Below, piece after piece: positions 13,001-24,299 of a stretch of 64,000 bases of DNA. This DNA comes from Macrostomum lignano (lineage: Eukaryota), in NCBI GenBank assembly GCA_002269645.1, contig NIVC01000773.1, positions 124,001-188,000 on the forward strand, read 5' to 3'. The translations under genes were made by a program, and so were the position numbers. Within the stretch, counting starts at the first letter, position 1. The number at the start of each line of letters is the position of its first letter. The notes below the pieces were generated by a model that worked only from the letters and a program-made list of their open reading frames with translations, did not search any database and was not told the origin of the DNA.

Positions 13001-16000
13001 CCAATCACAAGCCGCCAGCCGGGGGAGGGGTGGAGCAAATTGAGCCGGCCCGCACACGAGACCGGGGGCCTGGGCAGGCCGAGGCCAGACTAGGGAGAGA
13101 CTTAAGCCCCCAAACCCCAGCCCGACCGGCCGGCACAACCCAGCGCGATGGGGGGAGAGAAAGAGAGAGAGAGAGAAAAGGGCCGGGAGGGTGAAGCCCT
13201 CGCAGACGCAGCACGGCACAACAGTTATTGGCTTTTAACTGGTTTATCAAGCATAAAGCAATGCTTTCTGGAGAATTTCTTAGTCGTAAGGTCCAGTTAG
13301 TTTCATTGATACGACAGAACTTAATTACATAAATAGCTCGAGCACTAATCATAAATTATTTTGCAATGGTTATTGGAGGACTACTTTCATAAGAACCCCC
13401 ACAGCAACCCCAATTCAACAGGTATGCATACCGAAAATGCATAAAAATACTTCTAGAAAATCAAAGATTCTTTCGTGAAAGTCATCACTGTACTTTAAAA
13501 GAATAGAGGAAACAGAGCCAAATTCTGCCCTACTATGAAATAGAAGCCCGCAAACAAACCTAAACGTGGCATGAATTTGTTGAACTTGCAGACAGCTGCA
13601 AAAGGAGTCACAGTCTCAGTTCCGTGACCTGCAGCGAAGCATTTCTAATTGGAGGCTTCAAGATGTGGCGTCGAAGTTCCAAGTCACCAAGGTAATTAAT
13701 ATTTAAACTGCATGCTGTAGCTTCATTGGCTTTATTCAAGTCAGCTAATCGGTATGTTTTACTTCGATCCCACAGATTTCGCGACAGCCGCTGTTCTACG
13801 ACAAATCATCGCTTTCCGTAATGGACAGCGTCACAAGAGCGTCGGGGAAATCGGAAGAGAGACAGACAGCAGAGTGGCGGCTGATTGGAACAATCCAAGG
13901 GAGAGCAGAAGGAAACTCAGCGGTGAATGTGACAGCAAGCGGTTGTCACGCATCTACAAATCAATATCACATTGGATTCAAATCTGCAGAAGAAGTAACA
14001 AGCTCGAGAGCTGCCGTATACAGGTCTGAAGAGAGACCAAAATCAGAAAGTAAAAAGATTCAAGTAGTTTCTAGCGGCTGTCATAAAGAAATTTTGCCAA
14101 GTAAAGAGCCAGACACTTCGTCGCAGGACTTCCAAGCGTTGGTGCTGAAGTACGTTGAGCAGCACAAGTCGGAATTCTTCGCCATATTTGCTACATGGAG
14201 CGATTTTCAAACAGAAATTCGTCGCTACGTACGCGAGCATGCTTGGGAGTTTTCTGATATCTTCTCCTGGAGCGGGTTCAGCGACCAAGTTCGAAAGCAC
14301 GTTTTGGAGCACAAAGAGGAATTCATTGCGCTGCTTGGCCTAAACAAAGAAGTGAACGTAGAGCGACGCATTACACTTGAAAGGCCACCAGTGCAAGTGT
14401 CGCAAACTCAGTGCTGGAGAGAGATCAAAAAAAGTGAATCTGCTGTCAGTTTTGAACAAAGACAACAAAAACCTGCAATTTCAGTCACAGAAGCCTACAG
14501 AGAACAAGCCGATAAGAAGACTGAACTGAAGAGTGCAGGATGCTTCATAGAAAAAGTCTTCGTCAGTGCCAAAGTTCAGAAAACAACCCCAGAGCTAATA
14601 ATATTTTCTCACGGGGCATTCAAAGAACGCACATTTTCTACCGCAAGCATCAAAGTCGAAAACAAGTCGAACACAACCGGAAGTGGGTGCTACTCAGAGT
14701 GGCAATTATCGGAAAAATCGGTTTACTTCAAAGAGACTATAAAACAAAATGTAACTTCCTGCCATTCCGAAACACAGTATCAGGACTCTCGAGCCAAATT
14801 CGATATTTCAAGTCCAAAAATAAGCGCAAGCGGCTGTTTCAAGCAAATCACGCTCGAGCCGGCTTCCGTGACGTGCGATTGGAGGCCGAAATATGACAAC
14901 TCCGGCTGCTACTACGAGACAAGTACCAAGCCAGTAGCGCAAAGTTCATCTCACCGGCGCCAACGCTTACTGCAAGCGGCTGTTTCAAGCAAATCACGCT
15001 CGAGCCGGCTTCCGTGACGTGCGATTGGAAGCCGAAATATGACAACTCCGGCTGCTACTACGAGACAAGTTACCAAGCCAGTAGCGCAAAGTTCATCTTA
15101 CCGGCGCCAACGCTTACTGCAAGCGGCTGTTTCAAGCAAATCACGCTCGAGCCGGCTTCCGTGACGTGCGATTGGAGCCGAAATATGACAACTCCGGCTG
15201 CTACTACGAGACAAGTTACCAAGCCAGTAGCGCAAAGTTCATCTTACCGGCGCCAACGCTTACTGCAAGCGGCTGTTTCAAGCAAATCACGCTCGAGCCG
15301 GCTTCCGTGACGTGCGATTGGAGGCCGAAATATGACAACTCCGGCTGCTACTACGAGACAAGTTACCAAGCCAGTAGCGCAAAGTTCATCTTACCGGCGC
15401 CAACGCTTACCGCAAGCGGCTGTTTCAAGCAAATCACGCTCGAGCCGGCTTCCGTGACGTGCGATTGGAGGCCGAAATATGACAACTCCGGCTGCTACTA
15501 CGAGACAAGTTACCAAGCCAGTAGCGCAAAGTTCATCTTACCGGCGCCAACGCTTACTGCAAGCGGCTGTTTCAAGCAAATCACGCTCGAGCCGGCTTCC
15601 GTGACGTGCGATTGGAGGCCGAAATATGACAACTCCGGCTGCTACTACGAGACAAGTTACCAAGCCAGTAGCGCAAAGTTCATCTTACCGGCGCCAACGC
15701 TTACTGCAAGCGGCTGTTTCAAGCAAATCACGCTCGAGCCGGCTTCCGTGACGTGCGATTGGAGGCCGAAATATGACAACTCCGGCTGCTACTACGAGAC
15801 AAGTTACCAAGCCAGTAGCGCAAAGTTCATCTTACCGGCGCCAACGCTTACTGCAAGCGGCTGTTTCAAGCAAATCACGCTCGAGCCGGCTTCCGTGACG
15901 TGCGATTGGAGGCCGAAATATGACAACTCCGGCTGCTACTACGAGACAAGTTACCAAGCCAGTAGCGCAAAGTTCATCTTACCGGCGCCAACGCTTACCG

Positions 16001-19000
16001 CAAGCGGCTGTTTCAAGCAAATCACGCTCGAGCCGGCTTCCGTGACGTGCGATTGGAGGCCGAAATATGACAACTCCGGCTGCTACTACGAGACAAGTTA
16101 CCAAGCCAGTAGCGCAAAGTTCATCTTACCGGCGCCAACGCTTACGCAAGCGGCTGTTTCAAGCAAATCACGCTCGAGCCGGCTTCCGTGACGTGCGATT
16201 GGAGGCCGAAATATGACAACTCCGGCTGCTACTACGAGACAAGTTACCAAGCCAGTAGCGCAAAGTTCATCTTACCGGCGCCAACGCTTACCGCAAGCGG
16301 CTGTTTCAAGCAAATCACGCTCGAGCCGGCTTCCGTGACGTGCGATTGGAGGCCGAAATATGACAACTCCGGCTGCTACTACGAGACAAGTTACCAAGCC
16401 AGTAGCGCAAAGTTCATCTTACCGGCGCCAACGCTTACTGCAAGCGGCTGTTTCAAGCAAATCACGCTCGAGCCGGCTTCCGTGACGTGCGATTGGAGGC
16501 CGAAATATGACAACTCCGGCTGCTACTACGAGACAAGTTACCAAGCCAGTAGCGCAAAGTTCATCTTACCGGCGCCAACGCTTACTGCAAGCGGCTGTTT
16601 CAAGCAAATCACGCTCGAGCCGGCTTCCGTGACGTGCGATTGGAGCCGAAATATGACAACTCCGGCTGCTACTACGAGACAAGTTACCAAGCCAGTAGCG
16701 CAAAGTTCATCTTACCGGCGCCAACGCTTACTGCAAGCGGCTGTTTCAAGCAAATCACGCTCGAGCCGGCTTCCGTGACGTGCGATTGGAGGCCGAAATA
16801 TGACAACTCCGGCTGCTACTACGAGACAAGTTACCAAGCCAGTAGCGCAAAGTTCATCTTACCGGCGCCAACGCTTACCGCAAGCGGCTGTTTCAAGCAA
16901 ATCACGCTCGAGCCGGCTTCCGTGACGTGCGATTGGAGGCCGAAATATGACAACTCCGGCTGCTACTACGAGACAAGTTACCAAGCCAGTAGCGCAAAGT
17001 TCATCTTACCGGCGCCAACGCTTACGCAAGCGGCTGTTTCAAGCAAATCACGCTCGAGCCGGCTTCCGTGACGTGCGATTGGAGGCCGAAATATGACAAC
17101 TCCGGCTGCTACTACGAGACAAGTTACCAAGCCAGTAGCGCAAAGTTCATCTTACCGGCGCCAACGCTTACCGCAAGCGGCTGTTTCAAGCAAATCACGC
17201 TCGAGCCGGCTTCCGTGACGTGCGATTGGAGGCCGAAATATGACAACTCCGGCTGCTACTACGAGACAAGTTACCAAGCCAGTAGCGCAAAGTTCATCTT
17301 ACCGGCGCCAACGCTTACCGCAAGCGGCTGTTTCAAGCAAATCACGCTCGAGCCGGCTTCCGTGACGTGCGATTGGAGGCCGAAATATGACAACTCCGGC
17401 TGCTACTACGAGACAAGTTACCAAGCCAGTAGCGCAAAGTTCATCTTACCGGCGCCAACGCTTACTGCAAGCGGCTGTTTCAAGCAAATCACGCTCGAGC
17501 CGGCTTCCGTGACGTGCGATTGGAGGCCGAAATATGACAACTCCGGCTGCTACTACGAGACAAGTTACCAAGCCAGTAGCGCAAAGTTCATCTTACCGGC
17601 GCCAACGCTTACCGCAAGCGGCTGTTTCAAGCAAATCACGCTCGAGCCGGCTTCCGTGACGTGCGATTGGAGGCCGAAATATGACAACTCCGGCTGCTAC
17701 TACGAGACAAGTTACCAAGCCAGTAGCGCAAAGTTCATCTTACCGGCGCCAACGCTTACCGCAAGCGGCTGTTTCAAGCAAATCACGCTCGAGCCGGCTT
17801 CCGTGACGTGCGATTGGAGGCCGAAATATGACAACTCCGGCTGCTACTACGAGACAAGTTACCAAGCCAGTAGCGCAAAGTTCATCTTACCGGCGCCAAC
17901 GCTTACTGCAAGCGGCTGTTTCAAGCAAATCACGCTCGAGCCGGCTTCCGTGACGTGCGATTGGAGGCCGAAATATGACAACTCCGGCTGCTACTACGAG
18001 ACAAGTTACCAAGCCAGTAGCGCAAAGTTCATCTTACCGGCGCCAACGCTTACTGCAAGCGGCTGTTTCAAGCAAATCACGCTCGAGCCGGCTTCCGTGA
18101 CGTGCGATTGGAGGCCGAAATATGACAACTCCGGCTGCTACTACGAGACAAGTTACCAAGCCAGTAGCGCAAAGTTCATCTTACCGGCGCCAACGCTTAC
18201 CGCAAGCGGCTGTTTCAAGCAAATCACGCTCGAGCCGGCTTCCGTGACGTGCGATTGGAGGCCGAAATATGACAACTCCGGCTGCTACTACGAGACAAGT
18301 TACCAAGCCAGTAGCGCAAAGTTCATCTTACCGGCGCCAACGCTTACCGCAAGCGGCTGTTTCAAGCAAATCACGCTCGAGCCGGCTTCCGTGACGTGCG
18401 ATTGGAGGCCGAAATATGACAACTCCGGCTGCTACTACGAGACAAGTTACCAAGCCAGTAGCGCAAAGTTCATCTTACCGGCGCCAACGCTTACTGCAAG
18501 CGGCTGTTTCAAGCAAATCACGCTCGAGCCGGCTTCCGTGACGTGCGATTGGAGGCCGAAATATGACAACTCCGGCTGCTACTACGAGACAAGTTACCAA
18601 GCCAGTAGCGCAAAGTTCATCTTACCGGCGCCAACGCTTACTGCAAGCGGCTGTTTCAAGCAAATCACGCTCGAGCCGGCTTCCGTGACGTGCGATTGGA
18701 GGCCGAAATATGACAACTCCGGCTGCTACTACGAGACAAGTTACCAAGCCAGTAGCGCAAAGTTCATCTTACCGGCGCCAACGCTTACTGCAAGCGGCTG
18801 TTTCAAGCAAATCACGCTCGAGCCGGCTTCCGTGACGTGCGATTGGAGGCCGAAATATGACAACTCCGGCTGCTACTACGAGACAAGTTACCAAGCCAGT
18901 AGCGCAAAGTTCATCTTACCGGCGCCAACGCTTACCGCAAGCGGCTGTTTCAAGCAAATCACGCTCGAGCCGGCTTCCGTGACGTGCGATTGGAGGCCGA

Positions 19001-22000
19001 AATATGACAACTCCGGCTGCTACTACGAGACAAGTTACCAAGCCAGTAGCGCAAAGTTCATCTTACCGGCGCCAACGCTTACTGCAAGCGGCTGTTTCAA
19101 GCAAATCACGCTCGAGCCGGCTTCCGTGACGTGCGATTGGAGGCCGAAATATGACAACTCCGGCTGCTACTACGAGACAAGTTACCAAGCCAGTAGCGCA
19201 AAGTTCATCTTACCGGCGCCAACGCTTACCGCAAGCGGCTGTTTCAAGCAAATCACGCTCGAGCCGGCTTCCGTGACGTGCGATTGGAGGCCGAAATATG
19301 ACAACTCCGGCTGCTACTACGAGACAAGTTACCAAGCCAGTAGCGCAAAGTTCATCTTACCGGCGCCAACGCTTACCGCAAGCGGCTGTTTCAAGCAAAT
19401 CACGCTCGAGCCGGCTTCCGTGACGTGCGATTGGAGGCCGAAATATGACAACTCCGGCTGCTACTACGAGACAAGTTACCAAGCCAGTAGCGCAAAGTTC
19501 ATCTTACCGGCGCCAACGCTTACTGCAAGCGGCTGTTTCAAGCAAATCACGCTCGAGCCGGCTTCCGTGACGTGCGATTGGAGGCCGAAATATGACAACT
19601 CCGGCTGCTACTACGAGACAAGTTACCAAGCCAGTAGCGCAAAGTTCATCTTACCGGCGCCAACGCTTACCGCAAGCGGCTGTTTCAAGCAAATCACGCT
19701 CGAGCCGGCTTCCGTGACGTGCGATTGGAGGCCGAAATATGACAACTCCGGCTGCTACTACGAGACAAGTTACCAAGCCAGTAGCGCAAAGTTCATCTTA
19801 CCGGCGCCAACGCTTACCGCAAGCGGCTGTTTCAAGCAAATCACGCTCGAGCCGGCTTCCGTGACGTGCGATTGGAGGCCGAAATATGACAACTCCGGCT
19901 GCTACTACGAGACAAGTTACCAAGCCAGTAGCGCAAAGTTCATCTTACCGGCGCCAACGCTTACCGCAAGCGGCTGTTTCAAGCAAATCACGCTCGAGCC
20001 GGCTTCCGTGACGTGCGATTGGAGGCCGAAATATGACAACTCCGGCTGCTACTACGAGACAAGTTACCAAGCCAGTAGCGCAAAGTTCATCTTACCGGCG
20101 CCAACGCTTACTGCAAGCGGCTGTTTCAAGCAAATCACGCTCGAGCCGGCTTCCGTGACGTGCGATTGGAGGCCGAAATATGACAACTCCGGCTGCTACT
20201 ACGAGACAAGTTACCAAGCCAGTAGCGCAAAGTTCATCTTACCGGCGCCAACGCTTACTGCAAGCGGCTGTTTCAAGCAAATCACGCTCGAGCCGGCTTC
20301 CGTGACGTGCGATTGGAGGCCGAAATATGACAACTCCGGCTGCTACTACGAGACAAGTTACCAAGCCAGTAGCGCAAAGTTCATCTTACCGGCGCCAACG
20401 CTTACCGCAAGCGGCTGTTTCAAGCAAATCACGCTCGAGCCGGCTTCCGTGACGTGCGATTGGAGGCCGAAATATGACAACTCCGGCTGCTACTACGAGA
20501 CAAGTTACCAAGCCAGTAGCGCAAAGTTCATCTTACCGGCGCCAACGCTTACCGCAAGCGGCTGTTTCAAGCAAATCACGCTCGAGCCGGCTTCCGTGAC
20601 GTGCGATTGGAGGCCGAAATATGACAACTCCGGCTGCTACTACGAGACAAGTTACCAAGCCAGTAGCGCAAAGTTCATCTTACCGGCGCCAACGCTTACC
20701 GCAAGCGGCTGTTTCAAGCAAATCACGCTCGAGCCGGCTTCCGTGACGTGCGATTGGAGGCCGAAATATGACAACTCCGGCTGCTACTACGAGACAAGTT
20801 ACCAAGCCAGTAGCGCAAAGTTCATCTTACCGGCGCCAACGCTTACTGCAAGCGGCTGTTTCAAGCAAATCACGCTCGAGCCGGCTTCCGTGACGTGCGA
20901 TTGGAGGCCGAAATATGACAACTCCGGCTGCTACTACGAGACAAGTTACCAAGCCAGTAGCGCAAAGTTCATCTTACCGGCGCCAACGCTTACTGCAAGC
21001 GGCTGTTTCAAGCAAATCACGCTCGAGCCGGCTTCCGTGACGTGCGATTGGAGGCCGAAATATGACAACTCCGGCTGCTACTACGAGACAAGTTACCAAG
21101 CCAGTAGCGCAAAGTTCATCTTACCGGCGCCAACGCTTACCGCAAGCGGCTGTTTCAAGCAAATCACGCTCGAGCCGGCTTCCGTGACGTGCGATTGGAG
21201 GCCGAAATATGACAACTCCGGCTGCTACTACGAGACAAGTTACCAAGCCAGTAGCGCAAAGTTCATCTTACCGGCGCCAACGCTTACCGCAAGCGGCTGT
21301 TTCAAGCAATCATCTTACCAAAACTCTGCTGCTATATTTGTGCCAAAAGTCGATGTAACTGCGTCGGGCTGCCTTAAAGAGCTTTCATTTGATAATTCGT
21401 CGGTGACAGCGACCGCAAATGTGACAGTCGCTGCCTCTGGATTCTTTAGTGAGTCCTCTTTCTCATCTTCGGTCGTCAAATTTACTGATGTTTCAACAAA
21501 AGTTTCTGCTTCTGGTTGCTTCCATGAAGAATCCTCTAAGTCTGAGATGGCTTCAAGTGGATGTTTCAAGGAAATTCAGAGGAGCACATCGTCTGCAAGA
21601 TTTCTCTTCCAACTGCCAACTACGGCATCCGGAACGTTCAACGAGCGAGTCGCTGTTGAAGAGTTAAAAATAAGCACACCGCCTTCTATGCCAGTCATAC
21701 GAAGCATGCCAATCGTTGATTCGGGCTGCGAGTTCGTTGGATCGACTGCTGAACTCATTTCAGAAAGTCGCGCTGACGAAAGACAAGTTCAGCAGCAGCA
21801 CAGTAGCAGCATGTAAGTTTCGTGTATGATGAGTTCCTATTGAATACTTAAATTCTAAGTTTCTTTTTCGTTTCCGAACGTTCCTCACAACACGCGAGAT
21901 TTTGCATTTTAGATATGCACTAAGCGTCGGTCAGAGCAGTTCTGCCAGTAGGGCGACCAGGACCTCCGAGGCACAGACTGATTTGGACTACAAGTCCGCA

Positions 22001-22900
22001 TTGTGGAACATGTTTGTATTGAAGAACGGTCGCGTTGACATCAACCTCTCCTTCATAGTTTCGTATTTCGGAGTCGAATCTTTCGCTCGCGAGTACATGC
22101 TACTTCGCGAATTTCGAAACGTTGCAACGCAAGTTGGTGAAGGAGGGGAAGTCGGATTCGCGACGGCGTCACCCAGAAGCGTCAATCTCGTTCAGAGCAG
22201 GTCGTTTGAGTCGCAGTCGAGTGCTTCTCGTGTCTATGGATCTGGTGTTGTCAACATTGGTGGATCTAGCGGTGGGATGTTAGACCTTTCTAATACAAAC
22301 ACCAGCAGGATCTCGACTATCCAGAGACAGTCATCCGGAACATCTGGAGTCGTGAGGACTAATGGAAGCAACGAGTTTACGTCATTTGGCTCACGAACAG
22401 AATCGGTTCCTGGTGATATCCAGGGAGTTGCATCTGGAGATACTAGATCAAGTGTAGTCAGCATTGGCGGATCAGACGGAGAAATGTTGGACCTGTCCAG
22501 TTCGTTCGCCACCAGGCTTCCATCAGTCCAGAGACAAATAGAATTTAATAATTTTTCTGGTGCACATGCCGATGTTTCCGACCTGTCCGGTGTGATCAGT
22601 TCTGCAAGCGGTACGTCTGCTATTCAGCGGCAGTCGTCAGGCCGTTCAGGTGAAAGGATCGTGACGCAGAGCAGCGGCAGCGGCATCGTCAATATGTCTG
22701 AGACGGTCAGCTCCGGTTCGCGAGGCTTCGCAGTGTCTGGGGACGGCCTGTCCAGCGTTTACCGATCGGTCTCTGGAATCGACGGCTCTGATGGCAGTGT
22801 GCAGGCAGCCCTGGCCTCCATGGTGAGCGTAGGCGAAAGTAACAGCGGCATTACTCGACTCTCCACCCTGGAGGGTCGCATGCTGAACCTGTCCGACTAG
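7061..22900 (+). CDS. Giant (~3,500 aa) plakin-family protein: spectrin-repeat/SH3 plakin domain + Cys-containing 49-aa repeat block + Ser/Gly-rich tail
   Basis: Exons 7061-7447, 8233-8457, 8545-8691, 9721-9875, 10069-10177, 10330-10477, 10651-10840, 13592-13691, 13776-21812, 21913-22900. All junctions are GT-AG and phase-compatible. Plakin signatures: WCWVSQLADLNRLHTRNAADYQAF and SRAVVPLHLR...TVLEPGEQVTVIDNSQSYRWTVRRSDGSEVEVPSTCIWLPPADPQAVE (plakin SH3). The big exon has five -1 frameshifts; adding 5 nt gives 8042 = 3n+2, matching the phase-2 intron 21813-21912. The start is uncertain (ATG 7076 or an upstream exon). Confidence 0.8.
7517..7958. mobile_element. MITE with ~80-bp terminal inverted repeats, in a plakin intron
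   Basis: CAGGACGCTGCACTCGAAATCTATGGAAAATGTTTTGAAGGCCAC...GATAGGAAGTTTTA at 7517-7598 is the reverse complement (few mismatches) of 7875-7958. Confidence 0.8.
11040..12143 (+). mobile_element. 5'-truncated, frameshifted IS630-Tc1-mariner transposase of the DD37E type
   Basis: HTH region, IVMDDESY, FWPDLVSCH...PPNVPQLRPIENFW with 37 residues between the second D and E. Split across ORFs 10850-11629 and 11536-11961. Probable right end ...CCAATCACCCAGTA at 12143. Confidence 0.9.
12200..12437. mobile_element. Small MITE-like foldback element
   Basis: AATAGACCCCCCTAAGTTCTTACTGGCTGAAGCTTGTACGCG at left mirrors ...GCATACAAGCTTCAGCCATTAAGAACTTAGGGGGACTATT at right. Confidence 0.75.
14826..21310 (+). 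repeat. 147-bp coding tandem repeat, 44 copies (ASGCFKQITLEPASVTCDWRPKYDNSGCYYETSYQASSAKFILPAPTLT)
   Basis: Unit counted at 147 nt; ~6.5 kb span; lies inside the spliced exon 13776-21812. Confidence 0.97.
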
Positions 22901-24299
22901 ACACCTGTGCTGGAGACGTGGGCCCGTTTTTTAATGGACTGAAACAATGATGAACCCGTTCGTACAGTAGTTGCTTCTTACCCTTCTAACCTACGCTAGC
23001 TAGTAGAAGTAGATTATTCCGAAAGTTCTATAACTTATTAGATTCAACTTATTTGATCCGCTAATGATTTTTACCGGGGTTCCGAGTGCTCAATACCTGA
23101 TAGTGTGCATCACAGCGCGGAAATGAATTCGATATTTATTTCCGAGGTCTACGAGGTCTCGTAAAAACGAGTTTCTTGAGGCCATCTTGTGATTCAACAG
23201 CTGAGAAGCAGCGCTTCGCTTATAATGTTGTTTCGGCCGTTTGAACAAAAGTAATTGAAGGTGTAAAGTTAAGAAACTATTTTTAATTTTAAAAGGGTTT
23301 TATGTCAAAGGGAAAAATGACTTGCATTCTTGAATTTACGAAATCTAAGCTTTGCTCAAACGGCTCACCGCCCATCTGAAGTTACTCCGTAAAAAATCGT
23401 CTGCATGAAGCTGCGCTTCTATGGCGACCTGGCCATGATCAATTAGATATTTTTTCTGTCATTCAGAAACAGTAGAATTCTAACACACCATATTTATTAC
23501 TCACTATACTGAGTAGCTTACCCATCTAATAAGAGTTTACATTTCTAAATTTCTAAAATTATTAACACTTACCCATTAGGGCAAATTTTGTTTTAACTAC
23601 AAAGTACCTGTATATTTTTAAAAAGGCACTATAAAGTATCTTTTTTTATAGACGAAATACACTGCAGATTTTCCTATAACAGCTATTTTCCCTCACTAGT
23701 AATAAAAAATTATTGATAATAAAGAAAATAAGAATTTTATGGTTGCTTTTTTGCATATTGTGAAAGCAATCTTAGCTAATAGATTGAAATTTTTTAGTTA
23801 AAAACAATGTAGATAATGCATTGAAACCAGCGGACCAGCTTGATTGATTTAATGGTCTGTTGCTGGTGGGCATAGCTGCAAATATAGGTTTAACGCCACA
23901 GTAATAATCTATTGAGCATAAAAGGTAACTAATCAATAATTATAAGTTTTAGCGGTAATTAATTGGGCGACTTAAAAATCAGTCTAAATTCAAACATTTC
24001 CGTTCGTGCCGGAGGACTACTTTAATTAATACGACAGACTGGCAAAGTTGGTTCAAAGTTGAGATTCCGCCTTCAAAGTGACTTTCAGGCTTATCAACGA
24101 ACTGCTATCAACAGAAGCCGGTGCTGCTGTGCTTACTATCTATAAGTCGAAAGCCGGCCAATTTATGCTGACAGATTTTGCGCAATGACCAGTTCGTGTG
24201 GCGCTTATCGGCGCTGGAATTTGACTGCGATATATAATTAGCCAAGTGCTGAGTGAATCCAGTATTCTTGGCAAACTCTTTTTTTGCTTCTCAGTCCTC

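Noticed and set aside
14826-21310. 147-bp period equals nucleosome core length; also considered as a non-coding satellite
   Set aside because: The period is explained by a 49-codon unit inside a phase-consistent exon with synonymous-only recurrent variation; the nucleosome match is likely coincidence.
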